From: a virus
Lineage: Duplodnaviria; Caudoviricetes
IMG/VR virus record: IMGVR_UViG_2974646641_000001
Location: 9,788-73,787 of that record
Length of the DNA: 64,000 nucleotides
Strand: one strand, 5' to 3'
In this document: positions 30,219 to 39,971 of the stretch, one piece after another
Position numbering within the stretch: the first letter of the stretch is position 1
Layout of the letters: every line of letters starts with the position of its first letter
Program-made: the position numbers and the translations under genes
The notes under the pieces: generated by a model
The model's input: only the letters and a program-made list of their open reading frames with translations
Databases searched by the model: none
Told to the model about the DNA's origin: nothing

Positions 30219-30752
30219 TTATTGTTTACAAAACATGTTTCTTGTAATCTTCACTAATTCTTGCTTGTTATTTAATTCAATAGCTAGTGCCATCTCAACC
30301 TTTTCAATCTCGTCTTCTTGTGCCAAATAATAATCTGTGCGTTTTGTAATGTTATGAATCTGTTGAAGATTATTTAACGCCTTGGTGATTTCGTTAATTT
30401 TCTTATTTTGTTTGCGAAGTAATCTATCGAATGTTTCAGTCAAACCGCCAATAATCTCATTAATCACATCTTTATTCACTATTTCGCTATTGGAACGTTT
30501 CGCAAGCCAAACACAATCATGTAAACTATATACGGTGATGAGATTTCTATTATGAACGTCAACTACGACACGAATTTCATCAACGTCTAAGAACCAAATA
30601 CCGTCTTGATTCGTCTTGCTGAAAGTGCCGTGAGAAACAATATTAAGCAACCAAGGTTGCATAAGCGATTTGGAAATTCCAAATCTCTGACGTGCTCTTT
30701 TCTTAAAATGCTCACTTCTTGAATAAGCCAAGATTTCGTTCCGATTAATCAT
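30219..30752 (-). CDS. hypothetical protein with DUF4258/BECR-like N-terminus + coiled coil
   Basis: SEHFKKRARQRFGI...RVVVD...NLITVY pattern; start overlaps upstream stop. Confidence 0.5.
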   Translation of the reverse strand: MINRNEILAYSRSEHFKKRARQRFGISKSLMQPWLLNIVSHGTFSKTNQDGIWFLDVDEIRVVVDVHNRNLITVYSLHDCVWLAKRSNSEIVNKDVINEIIGGLTETFDRLLRKQNKKINEITKALNNLQQIHNITKRTDYYLAQEDEIEKVEMALAIELNNKQELVKITRNMFCKQ

Positions 30753-31074
30753 TATAATTCTCCTTTTTTGTCAGTGCTACTTGAAGTTTAATGAAAATAT
30801 CACGTGCTTGTTCGCTATCATATCTTCCAATGAACGACACATTGTCTGTATCTTTCATTTTCTGCATAATTCTAATCATCTTTTGATTATTTGAGATGAT
30901 GAAGATTTTCTCATCACTCTTATCTGCAAAGCTCATAATATAATTAAGGACATCTTTTTCAGTGTTACTCTTATCGAATCTCCTAAAATAGAAGTTCACC
31001 CAGTAATCACTTGCACAGGCATATGCAACTCTAACACCATCACTCGCTTTATAATAAGTAAGATAGACTTTCAT
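30745..31074 (-). CDS. hypothetical protein, possibly degenerate RNase H fold
   Basis: ATGA-coupled to mazF; three strands, a helix, then KIFIISNNQKMIRIM. Confidence 0.5.
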   Translation of the reverse strand: MKVYLTYYKASDGVRVAYACASDYWVNFYFRRFDKSNTEKDVLNYIMSFADKSDEKIFIISNNQKMIRIMQKMKDTDNVSFIGRYDSEQARDIFIKLQVALTKKENYND

Positions 31075-31433
31075 AGCGATAATGCCACCACCAAACACTT
31101 ATTGACTTCTTTCATAATATCATCGTCCAAACTACCAATCTTGAAATAAAGTTGGTCTACGTTAATTGTACGAACCTGCTCACATAGTGCAGTGTTTGAA
31201 ACAACTTCACCGTGATTTGGCAATCCAAATTCGATATGAGTTGGTAAATGGTGTTTGTTACGAGTAGTTAGTGGTACAATCGTAATTGCTGGTGAGTATT
31301 TGTTTGCCAAGTTATTTGATACAACCAACACTGGTCTTTTTCCACGTTGCACTGCGTCACGTGAACTTTGCCGTTCACCCAAATCTGCATAGTATACATT
31401 TCCTCGTTCAATTCTCTCATTATTTACTAACAT
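31071..31433 (-). CDS. mazF: MazF/PemK (EndoA-like) endoribonuclease, no adjacent antitoxin
   Basis: RGNVYYADL, RPVLVVSN, PLTT, LPTH, EQVRTI motifs; AAGGAGG RBS. Confidence 0.93.
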   Translation of the reverse strand: MLVNNERIERGNVYYADLGERQSSRDAVQRGKRPVLVVSNNLANKYSPAITIVPLTTRNKHHLPTHIEFGLPNHGEVVSNTALCEQVRTINVDQLYFKIGSLDDDIMKEVNKCLVVALSL

Positions 31434-31466
31434 CGTAATAATTCCTCCTTGATATTTTGTAATTAC

Positions 31467-31495
31467 ATTATACGTCCAGAAACAACTTTTGTCAA
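31467..31495 (-). promoter_or_regulatory. consensus sigma70/sigmaA promoter of mazF operon
   Basis: TTGACA-17-TATAAT on minus strand. Confidence 0.85.
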
Positions 31496-31677
31496 GCTAA
31501 AAAATACATTTTTTTGATTTGCGTGTTTGGTCTTTTCAAATCTTTCAATCGTTTTATAGTTGTTCTTCTAAAGTTTCCTTCATATAAATATCCTTCTTTC
31601 TTTTTTCTATGTAAAAAGCATACCATTTCTGATATGCTTTGTCAAGTATTATTATTAGTGTTACTATTGATGATTAT

Positions 31678-32292
31678 CTACTTTAGCAATGTATTGGTCG
31701 TATAAATAGTATAATCACAACGATAAATAAATAATCGCTTGCCATCAATCAAAAGTGACGTGCTACTAGGAACCTGTGTTGACTTATAACTAACTGTATC
31801 ACCAGCGAAAGTAGCAATTGGCTGTCCGGCTTGTGAGCGAATAAGAACAACCTTACTAGAACCTGTAAAATAGTTCTGATACTTGTTTACAAAGCGGTTC
31901 ATAAATGGAACTGAACTATTATTGTTAGTGACATTATATCGCTTTGGATATTTATCAAGTACGTTAGTCAATCCATCTTGGTAGGCGATTAAACTACTGC
32001 CTACGTGAGTGATTTGTTTTCCGCCTAATGTAATATTAAGCACAGATGAAGCCTTAGATGTTTCGCCATTTTCATTTACTTGGTCAAACTCTTTATCTCG
32101 TGCAATCGACAATGATTTCCCGTGTATAGTGTCAATTTTTTGTGCATTGTAGTCATATGTTTGTACCGTCATAGGTAATCCATATGTTTGTTGCTCAAAG
32201 TCTGAAAACCAGCTATCTACAAATTGACAGCCCCCTAAAACAACCGTAAGCGATAGCGTAAGCGCTACAAGCAATAGTTTCTTTTTATTCAT
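31678..32292 (-). CDS. lipoprotein (DUF5052-like)
   Basis: lipobox LGGC after hydrophobic leader; GLPMTVQTYD motif. Confidence 0.7.
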   Translation of the reverse strand: MNKKKLLLVALTLSLTVVLGGCQFVDSWFSDFEQQTYGLPMTVQTYDYNAQKIDTIHGKSLSIARDKEFDQVNENGETSKASSVLNITLGGKQITHVGSSLIAYQDGLTNVLDKYPKRYNVTNNNSSVPFMNRFVNKYQNYFTGSSKVVLIRSQAGQPIATFAGDTVSYKSTQVPSSTSLLIDGKRLFIYRCDYTIYTTNTLLK

Positions 32293-32303
32293 TGTATACC
32301 ACC

Positions 32304-32648
32304 TTATTTTTCATCGTTGTCTTGCCCAAACTCTTCGCTAAATTGCATTAAGGCATAGATACTTGGAATAGTCCCGTATTTTATGAAATTCTGATATTCG
32401 TCAGTCACCGAATCTACTGATGAACTTCCCTCTGTTAATCGTGCAATCGTCATCAGCGTTGTACCATCTTTGAACGTCAAATCATCATCTGTTAAAGATT
32501 CCACGTCCTTAACAAATAAGTCTGCGTCTTGTTTGGAAATGATTACAGAAATTAGTTTGTTATATCCCGGCTTGTTTAACACAACAACGAAGTCGCCATC
32601 ACCGGCAATATCATCAAAATTATCTAACAAATAATCTTTCACGCTCAT
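32304..32648 (-). CDS. hypothetical acidic protein
   Basis: 114 aa; ATGA overlap with nrdH. Confidence 0.6.
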   Translation of the reverse strand: MSVKDYLLDNFDDIAGDGDFVVVLNKPGYNKLISVIISKQDADLFVKDVESLTDDDLTFKDGTTLMTIARLTEGSSSVDSVTDEYQNFIKYGTIPSIYALMQFSEEFGQDNDEK

Positions 32649-32968
32649 TGTTCTTCCACCGCCTTATTACGTTTAGTACCATATAGGACTGCTAACTTTT
32701 TAATTGCGTCTGGTTGGAAACCTCCCCACATACCAGTCTGTGACCACCGAGCACTCTTGCCAGTTTCCAAATAACGAAATGAAACAATAGGAGCCTGCCA
32801 GAATCCCTCGTCCTTTAAGTTGTTAATTTCATCTTCTGACAAGGCTGAAATGTCGGTTTCAAAGTAAGCAATATCGTAGTGGTCGAGAAGTTTCTTTGTC
32901 ATTCGACATTGACCGCAGTTTTTCTTAGTGTATAAATCTACTCGAATTTGTTTTTTATTATTTGCCAT
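32645..32968 (-). CDS. nrdH: NrdH-like glutaredoxin
   Basis: LYTKKNCGQCRMTKK..L; QAPIV; WGGFQPDAI. Confidence 0.85.
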   Translation of the reverse strand: MANNKKQIRVDLYTKKNCGQCRMTKKLLDHYDIAYFETDISALSEDEINNLKDEGFWQAPIVSFRYLETGKSARWSQTGMWGGFQPDAIKKLAVLYGTKRNKAVEEQ

Positions 32969-33113
32969 TTTTATCACCTTTCATTAATTCATATAACTCA
33001 TAACGCAAGTCGTCATTTTCTAATTTAAGCTCATCTAATTGTTCCTCTAGTTCAGCAACTCTGTCTTGATAATACCATAGCTGTTGAGCTAATTCAAACC
33101 TACTGTCTTCCAT
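32958..33113 (-). CDS. small coiled-coil protein (51 aa, below ORF-track cutoff)
   Basis: MEDSRFELAQQLWYYQDRVAELEEQL...; GAGGTGG RBS. Confidence 0.55.
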   Translation of the reverse strand: MEDSRFELAQQLWYYQDRVAELEEQLDELKLENDDLRYELYELMKGDKNGK

Positions 33114-33126
33114 GTAAGCCACCTCT

Positions 33127-33480
33127 TTAATAATCTAACCCGTAAATTGGCCCCTTGATAGAATATTCGGTTGACAGCATATCGGCAATACGTTTGAAAT
33201 CACCTGCCGTAATACCATTGCCAATCAGCTTATGAATCTTATCAATAATTTCATACGCGGTGCGGTTATCGCTGTTAGCCAATTCATTATATTCACGATA
33301 TAAGTCATCATAGTCTTGGCCAAGAAGTTCGTAAGCCACGCTCAATGCTTGATTGTCTTTTTCGATATCTTCAACTTCGCCTTGTAGTTCCTCGTTTTGT
33401 TCTTCGAGAATCTTATTATCTATCACGGCGTCTTCCAATTTTTTCTGTAATTCTACAATTCGTTCTTTATCAGTCATCAT
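33127..33480 (-). CDS. acidic coiled-coil protein, paralogue A
   Basis: C-terminal IGNGI...FK.IADMLS..YSIK.PI.GLDY shared with the adjacent ORF. Confidence 0.7.
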   Translation of the reverse strand: MMTDKERIVELQKKLEDAVIDNKILEEQNEELQGEVEDIEKDNQALSVAYELLGQDYDDLYREYNELANSDNRTAYEIIDKIHKLIGNGITAGDFKRIADMLSTEYSIKGPIYGLDY

Positions 33481-33549
33481 AAAACACTTCCCTTTCTTTT
33501 CAAACATTATTCTTATTGCGAATACATTTTAACACGATTAACGTCTGTA

Positions 33550-33891
33550 TTATTCGCCATAATCCAAACCAAATATTGGCTCCTTAATAGAATACTTAAT
33601 TGATAACATATCTGCAATCTTCTTAAATTCTGCGGAAGAAATACCATTACCAATCATAGAATGAATATCATTGATAATTTCAGGTACATTAGAGTTTTCA
33701 AGCCTTTTTCTTAATTCACCATTTTCCTTATATAAATCATCATAGTCTTGTTCAAGGGAATCATATTCTCGTGATAATTCTTGGTTGTCAAACTCGCTAT
33801 TATCAAGTTCAGTGCCAAGCGAATCATTTTCAGCTTCGAGGTCTTCAACCTGTTGTTCTAGTTCTCTAATATATTCTTCTTCATTGTCCAT
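33550..33891 (-). CDS. acidic coiled-coil protein, paralogue B
   Basis: same C-terminal motif as paralogue A. Confidence 0.7.
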   Translation of the reverse strand: MDNEEEYIRELEQQVEDLEAENDSLGTELDNSEFDNQELSREYDSLEQDYDDLYKENGELRKRLENSNVPEIINDIHSMIGNGISSAEFKKIADMLSIKYSIKEPIFGLDYGE

Positions 33892-33983
33892 TACAATCAC
33901 TTTCCTTTCCTTTTTAAATCCTTATTACATCTGTAATTATATCATGATTTGTGCTTATAGTCAAGCCCATAATTAAATTATTT

Positions 33984-34499
33984 TTATTTCTTGTTGCACT
34001 CGCAAAAGTGATACCCACCATGTGTATTTCTTCTACCTCTCAAACAAGCACTTATTTTTGAGGCGCTAAGTCCAAGTCTTCTTGCACAATCATTAACCCC
34101 AGAATATTTCATTTTTCTATTATCTTTGATTGCATATATTTCTCTTTGTGGGAATGTCTTGTTTTTCTCTTGTTCTAGCCTGCTCGCCCACCTAAGATTG
34201 GACGCCCTGTTATTATCTTTATTTCTATCAATATGGTCAACAGTTTCCTTATTGTCTGGGTTATCAATAAAAGCCAGAGCTACTTGTCTATGAACAGATA
34301 CATTTTTTGGCACGCCATTTTTATATAGCGTCACCATATGATACCTTCCAGTTGTGTCTTGTGAGAGTATTTTAGACTTGACGGTTCTGGTTCCGTTTCC
34401 TCTTGTTTTAACTTTTCTAGTAATTGACCTAACCCTACCAAGGCTAGATACTTCATAATTAGGATAACCCAATATTGGCTTCCAAACTTCTTTTTCCAT
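33984..34499 (-). CDS. NUMOD4-HNH-NUMOD1 homing endonuclease
   Basis: EVWKPI.GYPNYEVSSLGRVRS; SVHRQVA...VDHIDRNKDNN..NLRW. Confidence 0.9.
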   Translation of the reverse strand: MEKEVWKPILGYPNYEVSSLGRVRSITRKVKTRGNGTRTVKSKILSQDTTGRYHMVTLYKNGVPKNVSVHRQVALAFIDNPDNKETVDHIDRNKDNNRASNLRWASRLEQEKNKTFPQREIYAIKDNRKMKYSGVNDCARRLGLSASKISACLRGRRNTHGGYHFCECNKK

Positions 34500-34584
34500 A
34501 CAAAAAACCTCCTCATCTTTAATGTAACTATATTATACATCAGATAAGGAGGTTTTACAACCACAATTATTCAATTTTTATTTT

Positions 34585-35322
34585 TTATTTTTTCTTTGCA
34601 AACCACTTGCTATCAAAGAATGCCACAAGGTCGTTCATAATATATAGCATGTAGGTAAAGAACAGAACCCAAACAGCTTCTCCTTGCATAGCAGTTACTA
34701 ACCACAATACGATGGAACTAAGACCTTGTGCAAACCAGAAGTAGTAAGAAGCACGGAAACGGCGAACGGTTAAGATTGCCCCCGTAAGACCGATAGTAGC
34801 GGCAAATGCGTCAATAAACGGACGGGGACTCGTTAAGATAACCGTATCAAGACCGTATGTCACGATAAAGAAGCCAACGAAAGTTAATGCCGTCTGCAAA
34901 GCGAACTTGGAGTTCATCTTACGAGGTTCTAAATCTTTACCATTATTCCAAGTCTTATTAAATAGCACCGGCAAGTCCAACAGGAAGATATAGAAGCCTT
35001 GCATAACAATATCAGAGAAGTTCCCTGTCTTTAACGCCACGTAAATCAGCATAGCCGCAGAAACGAAGCCTAGAACACCGTTGATAGGACGTCCGTTCGT
35101 GATACTTAACGTACAAGTAAAACCAATCAACCCGGCAATCGTTGAAGTTACTCCCAAACCAGTAATTCCATTACTAAGACCAACGTATAACAGGAACAGC
35201 CAACCAATTACCAGCAAGACATAGCTGGACTTTGTCCAGCCAGTCATCTGGTCTTTGTACCAACGCCAATTGAACACTCGACTAGCAGATTCTGGATTGT
35301 AACCTAAGCTTGTATTTTGCAA
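34585..35322 (-). CDS. pnuC: PnuC-family nucleoside/nicotinamide riboside transporter
   Basis: 7-8 TM helices; FIDAFAATIG..GAIL...R...SY.FW signature. Confidence 0.85.
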   Translation of the reverse strand: MQNTSLGYNPESASRVFNWRWYKDQMTGWTKSSYVLLVIGWLFLLYVGLSNGITGLGVTSTIAGLIGFTCTLSITNGRPINGVLGFVSAAMLIYVALKTGNFSDIVMQGFYIFLLDLPVLFNKTWNNGKDLEPRKMNSKFALQTALTFVGFFIVTYGLDTVILTSPRPFIDAFAATIGLTGAILTVRRFRASYYFWFAQGLSSIVLWLVTAMQGEAVWVLFFTYMLYIMNDLVAFFDSKWFAKKK

Positions 35323-35366
35323 AATTATGATACCTCTTTCTATTTTTGTTTAAGTTCTATCAGTTT

Positions 35367-36599
35367 TTATAAGATAACTGGTAACGGAGTAACCGTTCCA
35401 TCACTACTTACATCTAACATAACTTGTGAGCGTGAGGCTCGATAGTGTAGTCGTTCTGAATAACTCGTAGGGCCAATGACGCTACCAGATTGAATAACTA
35501 GCCCAGATTCCTCACGTATTGACATACTGTGGAAGTGTCCGCCTAAAATTGCGTCATATAACATGCTGTCGAACTGTGAAGCTGTTGCCAATGTTTCAGC
35601 TTTAGATAGGTTGTGTAAGTCGCCGTGTACGAACTTGATATTGTTTCCATTGACACTCAAATGGTCTTCGGTGGCTTTATCAGGTTCTTTTACGGTAATA
35701 TCATAAGAAGTTTGTTCTGCAATCAGCTTAATAGCCTCATTCAGCACTGTTGAAAAGCCATCATCAGGTAAGTTATCCTTTTTATTACCGTTGGCACGGT
35801 CGTGATTGCCCAAGATACCCGAATAAATAACTGGAATGCCAGTGTTCTTAGCGATATTGACAACAAATTCTGAAACCAATTTAATCGCCGTGTTAATTTG
35901 TTCAGACAGCTTCATCGTAATTTCGTATGATTGATTGTTTCTCATGTAGGCACCTTCGATAGAATCGCCTAAGTTCTCAATGTAAATCGCACCGAACTTA
36001 GAAAAACTTGCATATCGAATTACCTTGTCTGCATATTCAGATAATTTATCTTTAGCAATGTCTTCATCGTATTTGTAGCCATCGACATCAACCTTAGCTC
36101 CGATATGGAGGTCTGACAACGCAACAATTAATACGCTTCCGTCACTTAGCGGTTTTACAACAGGGTAATCAAGTTCGTTAGGAACGACTGTAATGCCATC
36201 TTTCAATGACCGCTTTACATCACGCTTGAATAATTCCATATCAGCGTAGTCACGGCGACTCTTGTTAAATTCACGCCGCATTAATTGTAATTCGCGCTTT
36301 TCCAGCAACATTTCATCAATTTCTTTATCAAGAGCATTGCGTTTGTGGTCTAATTCCAAGGAACGTTGCTCCTTAGATGACTTTAATACGCCGGTCTTAC
36401 GTTGATATTTCTTTACCAGTTGTCGCAACCCTTCGCATTGCTTTGCGTCATAACCATCTTGTCGTAACAAACGGGCTACTTTGCCCCAGTTAGCCCGTCC
36501 GTTTTCACGTTGTAATTCAGTCTTATAACGAGAGGCTGTTTCCAGCCCAATATCATCAATTTCATGAGTTTTTCCTTTGTTGTCCGTGTAAGTTGCCAT
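35367..36599 (-). CDS. calcineurin-like metallophosphoesterase with N-terminal helical/coiled-coil region
   Basis: SDLHIG, LGDSIEG, GNHDR, FVHGD, GGHFH motifs. Confidence 0.85.
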   Translation of the reverse strand: MATYTDNKGKTHEIDDIGLETASRYKTELQRENGRANWGKVARLLRQDGYDAKQCEGLRQLVKKYQRKTGVLKSSKEQRSLELDHKRNALDKEIDEMLLEKRELQLMRREFNKSRRDYADMELFKRDVKRSLKDGITVVPNELDYPVVKPLSDGSVLIVALSDLHIGAKVDVDGYKYDEDIAKDKLSEYADKVIRYASFSKFGAIYIENLGDSIEGAYMRNNQSYEITMKLSEQINTAIKLVSEFVVNIAKNTGIPVIYSGILGNHDRANGNKKDNLPDDGFSTVLNEAIKLIAEQTSYDITVKEPDKATEDHLSVNGNNIKFVHGDLHNLSKAETLATASQFDSMLYDAILGGHFHSMSIREESGLVIQSGSVIGPTSYSERLHYRASRSQVMLDVSSDGTVTPLPVIL

Positions 36600-36605
36600 T
36601 GGTTT

Positions 36606-37649
36606 TTAATATCCTTTCTTTTCTGCGGCTTCGGTCAAGTCTGCCAAGATGATTGCTAGGTCTTCAACACGACCCTCGTTTAAATCATTAACCTTGTTGC
36701 CATTGCCTAAGGTCTTTTCAACAATTGTAGTTAACGTCTTAATGTCATTGTTCTTTTGGAACAAAATTGCGACTTCTTTGGTCTTTTCTAGCAAGTCATC
36801 AAAGTCATATTCAACGTCCTTGGTGTCAGCGTGCAAAACTTTCTTATCAGTCGTCTTTTCATAGTTACCGCCAAGAACCCGTTTAACTTCTTCTTTATAC
36901 GATTCGGCAGTGAATGGAATAATCGGTTTAACACCTTTGAATGTCGTACCAGCTTCATATTGAAGCGTTCCACGTAAGTGCAATACCCGTTGTTCCTTAC
37001 CGTTTACTAAGTTGTTTTCAGCATACAAGACGTTATCAACCATCTTAGTAACTGGCCCTAGTGCCTTTTCTTTTAAGTCAGGAACAATCTTTGTAAACTC
37101 TACCATTTCTGTTCCATCGCTTTCTTGTGATACGACAGCGTCAGGAATTGAATTAAATTCAGCAGAGTTGATATACGGCATTTTTACAATCTTTTCAATT
37201 GAGTGCGAAACAAAGATATTCGTGTAAGGTAATGACTCTAATTCTTTCAAGCCACGGAACCAAACCTCATTTAGACGTGTATGGTCACGTCCATATCCAA
37301 CGTTACCATCACCAACACTAAATTCATCAAATTGAGAAGCCGTGAATTTATCTGCATAGCGGTATAGGTTTTCGATTGTGTCAATTGAGATAGCGTCAAA
37401 CATTGATTGAACTTCTTTTCGCTTTAACTGCGATAGCACTTGTTTAAATTCACTCCAGCTAGACACGTATTGAACCATCGCACCGTCTAAAGCGCCGTAA
37501 CGCTTTTCAGTCATGATATGAAGCACTTTCGGGAACAGCTCTTGCACAAAGGTCGTCTTACCAATCTTAGACGGCCCATACAGCAATAGGCTGTAACTTG
37601 AAGGGTCGGTAGAAACTTTGTTCGGTTCAATCTTTGTTAAATCAATCAT
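36606..37649 (-). CDS. AAA_24/Sak4-like ATPase (ssDNA annealing)
   Basis: LLYGPSKIGKTT Walker A; ISIDTI; FVSH; next to SSB. Confidence 0.8.
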   Translation of the reverse strand: MIDLTKIEPNKVSTDPSSYSLLLYGPSKIGKTTFVQELFPKVLHIMTEKRYGALDGAMVQYVSSWSEFKQVLSQLKRKEVQSMFDAISIDTIENLYRYADKFTASQFDEFSVGDGNVGYGRDHTRLNEVWFRGLKELESLPYTNIFVSHSIEKIVKMPYINSAEFNSIPDAVVSQESDGTEMVEFTKIVPDLKEKALGPVTKMVDNVLYAENNLVNGKEQRVLHLRGTLQYEAGTTFKGVKPIIPFTAESYKEEVKRVLGGNYEKTTDKKVLHADTKDVEYDFDDLLEKTKEVAILFQKNNDIKTLTTIVEKTLGNGNKVNDLNEGRVEDLAIILADLTEAAEKKGY

Positions 37650-37708
37650 TATCGTGTTTTCCTCCTATTTTAAAAACCATGCTTGTACATTAACGTTGTA
37701 ATCAAATC

Positions 37709-38692
37709 TTAGAATGGTAAGTCATCGTCAGAAATTTCTAATCCTGCACCACTGTTAGCAAACGGGTTTGATTCATTCTTTACTGCGCTACCAAATCCGC
37801 CTTGACGAGCTTGTTGAGCATTTTTAACAGGAGCAGTTTGCTTGTTGTTTGCACGTGAAATTGCTTCTGTACGTTGTTTGCGTAATTCCTCGTGAGCCTT
37901 TTGGATTTGGTCTTCCGTAAGTGACAATTCATCGTTTTCTAGCGGTGCACCACCAACGATTAACAGTTGACGAACATAAGAATTTGATTTAACAACTGCA
38001 TGAATTTGTCCAAATGAACCACCACCAGCATTGTCAACATTTTGCTTCTTAACGACAACATAGTTCAAAATATTGTAGTAAAGTACGCCGGTAGTTCCTT
38101 CTGGTAACGCACCTTGCATTTCAGACGCCAATTCACTAGCAATCTTTAAGTCCATTACACGACCAACTCGACCATTATAGCCAACAGTGAGTGCTTTAAC
38201 TTTCCATAAACCAGTTGGATTTCCGTCCTTGTCAATGTCTTCGTCATAGCTTTCAATAACTGCTGGAATGCTACCGTAAGTGTCGTCTTCTAAGTCTTGA
38301 CCATTTACACGGTGAACGGTAGTTGCACGGAAACGATTTGATTCTTGAACAGTTTCACCATCTGATGAATAGATATTGTATGATAGGTCGCCAAGTACGT
38401 TTACTCGGTCTGCCCGTTCTTCGTCACCGTTGACATCTTGTAACGAAACATAGTCTTTCATAACAGTTGCGAATCCTTTGAACAATTTATTTTCTTTGCC
38501 AGATTTAGTGAACTTCCGGTTATAGGCGTTGAACGTTACCATGTTTACCTTGTCGTTTTGCTTTACTTGAACACGAATATACCCTTTGATAATTTCATTA
38601 CCATCACGGTCTGTCGCAAATTCTAAGGATTTTTCAGCTAAAGTACCAGTTACTGAAAGTTGATTTCCTTTTAATTCTTTAAGTTCAGTCAT
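37709..38692 (-). CDS. ssb: single-stranded DNA-binding protein
   Basis: OB-fold strands; acidic tail ISDDDLPF. Confidence 0.8.
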   Translation of the reverse strand: MTELKELKGNQLSVTGTLAEKSLEFATDRDGNEIIKGYIRVQVKQNDKVNMVTFNAYNRKFTKSGKENKLFKGFATVMKDYVSLQDVNGDEERADRVNVLGDLSYNIYSSDGETVQESNRFRATTVHRVNGQDLEDDTYGSIPAVIESYDEDIDKDGNPTGLWKVKALTVGYNGRVGRVMDLKIASELASEMQGALPEGTTGVLYYNILNYVVVKKQNVDNAGGGSFGQIHAVVKSNSYVRQLLIVGGAPLENDELSLTEDQIQKAHEELRKQRTEAISRANNKQTAPVKNAQQARQGGFGSAVKNESNPFANSGAGLEISDDDLPF

Positions 38693-38898
38693 ATAAAATT
38701 CCTCCTAATATTTTTTCTTATTCAACTTTACTTCATAATTATAACATTGATTAAAATATAAGTCAAGCACTTTTTAAATTTATTTTCCGACTAACCAATT
38801 ATCAAGCTTTTAAGCAACAGGTTCTTTAATCATCACTCCTTATATTTATCTTGTTATGATTATATATTAACACTTTCTTGTTGAAAAGTCAACCATTT

Positions 38899-39216
38899 TT
38901 ACAAATTTCTTGTAAATAATTCTTTATCCAAAGGATAATCTTCACTATCACCTAAAATAATGTAGGTCGCTACAACCTCTAGGAAGTGAGAAACATTGTC
39001 GTTTTCAGACTCAACTTGGTCTTTAGGGGTTGTTACTAAGAATTGAGAGCCGAAATATTCACCGAAAAATCCATTGCTTTGTTCTTCAAGGAACTTCTTG
39101 CAGTCATCAACACGCTGTTCTGCGTTATGAGATTGGTCATAGTAGTTTTCAAAGAAAATCTTTTTTAAGTCAAATAAAGTGACGCCGTTTAGCGCCCCTT
39201 CAAATCGTCTAAACAT
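38899..39216 (-). CDS. hypothetical protein
   Basis: 105 aa ORF in co-oriented run. Confidence 0.6.
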   Translation of the reverse strand: MFRRFEGALNGVTLFDLKKIFFENYYDQSHNAEQRVDDCKKFLEEQSNGFFGEYFGSQFLVTTPKDQVESENDNVSHFLEVVATYIILGDSEDYPLDKELFTRNL

Positions 39217-39218
39217 TT

Positions 39219-39653
39219 TTATTCGCTCCAGTCGTATTTTATATTTTCGTGAATCTGAATATCATATTTTTTAGTTGTACCAAGAACCTTTGTTTTAAAG
39301 TCATGTTTCCTTACAACAACAACTTCAACAGGAATACCATATTGCTTGGCGAACAGCTTGAATACAATTCCAGCTCCACGGTCAATCGCATAAGGCGTGA
39401 ATCCGTTCTTTACGTCATATACGTGTTTAATAATTCCTTTATCTCGTACCACGAAATCTGGTCGGTAGGTAATACCGCGTAATGTGATTTTGTCGTTAAT
39501 AACGTTCTTTTCTAATAAATTAAACTTCTCATGGATAGTGATTGATTCAACATCAGAGTTCCTCAAAAACCTGTCATAGAAGTCATATTCTTTTTGAGAA
39601 TCAAACGTAATACCGTTTTCTTTTATTTTTTTACCATAATGTTGTAAACCCAA
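39219..39653 (-). CDS. DUF1064-like PD-(D/E)xK nuclease
   Basis: GITFDSQKE...Y; ITYRPDF; YDVKNG. Confidence 0.75.
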   Translation of the reverse strand: MGLQHYGKKIKENGITFDSQKEYDFYDRFLRNSDVESITIHEKFNLLEKNVINDKITLRGITYRPDFVVRDKGIIKHVYDVKNGFTPYAIDRGAGIVFKLFAKQYGIPVEVVVVRKHDFKTKVLGTTKKYDIQIHENIKYDWSE

Positions 39654-39654
39654 A

Positions 39655-39897
39655 TTACCAATCCTCCCGTTCTACCGTGTTCCATTTACTTGTCACGACA
39701 GACAGATGAGAACCTTTCTGTGGAACAACATCAGTGGTATTAACCATATCCCAGCATTCATCACGGCTTCCGATAAAGTCGAACCATTGCGTTATTAAAA
39801 TCGGAATATCATCACTAACTGACACTACCTGACACAAATCTGATAAACACAATTCTTTATCTCCAATGTGTACAGTATTATTCTTAATTTCTCTCAT
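39655..39897 (-). CDS. hypothetical protein
   Basis: 80 aa; RBS present. Confidence 0.55.
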   Translation of the reverse strand: MREIKNNTVHIGDKELCLSDLCQVVSVSDDIPILITQWFDFIGSRDECWDMVNTTDVVPQKGSHLSVVTSKWNTVEREDW

Positions 39898-39971
39898 TGA
39901 ATTTCAGTTCCTTTCCTTTAACTATAACTACATTATATAACAAATTGTGCTATTTGTCAATCTTTTTAAAA

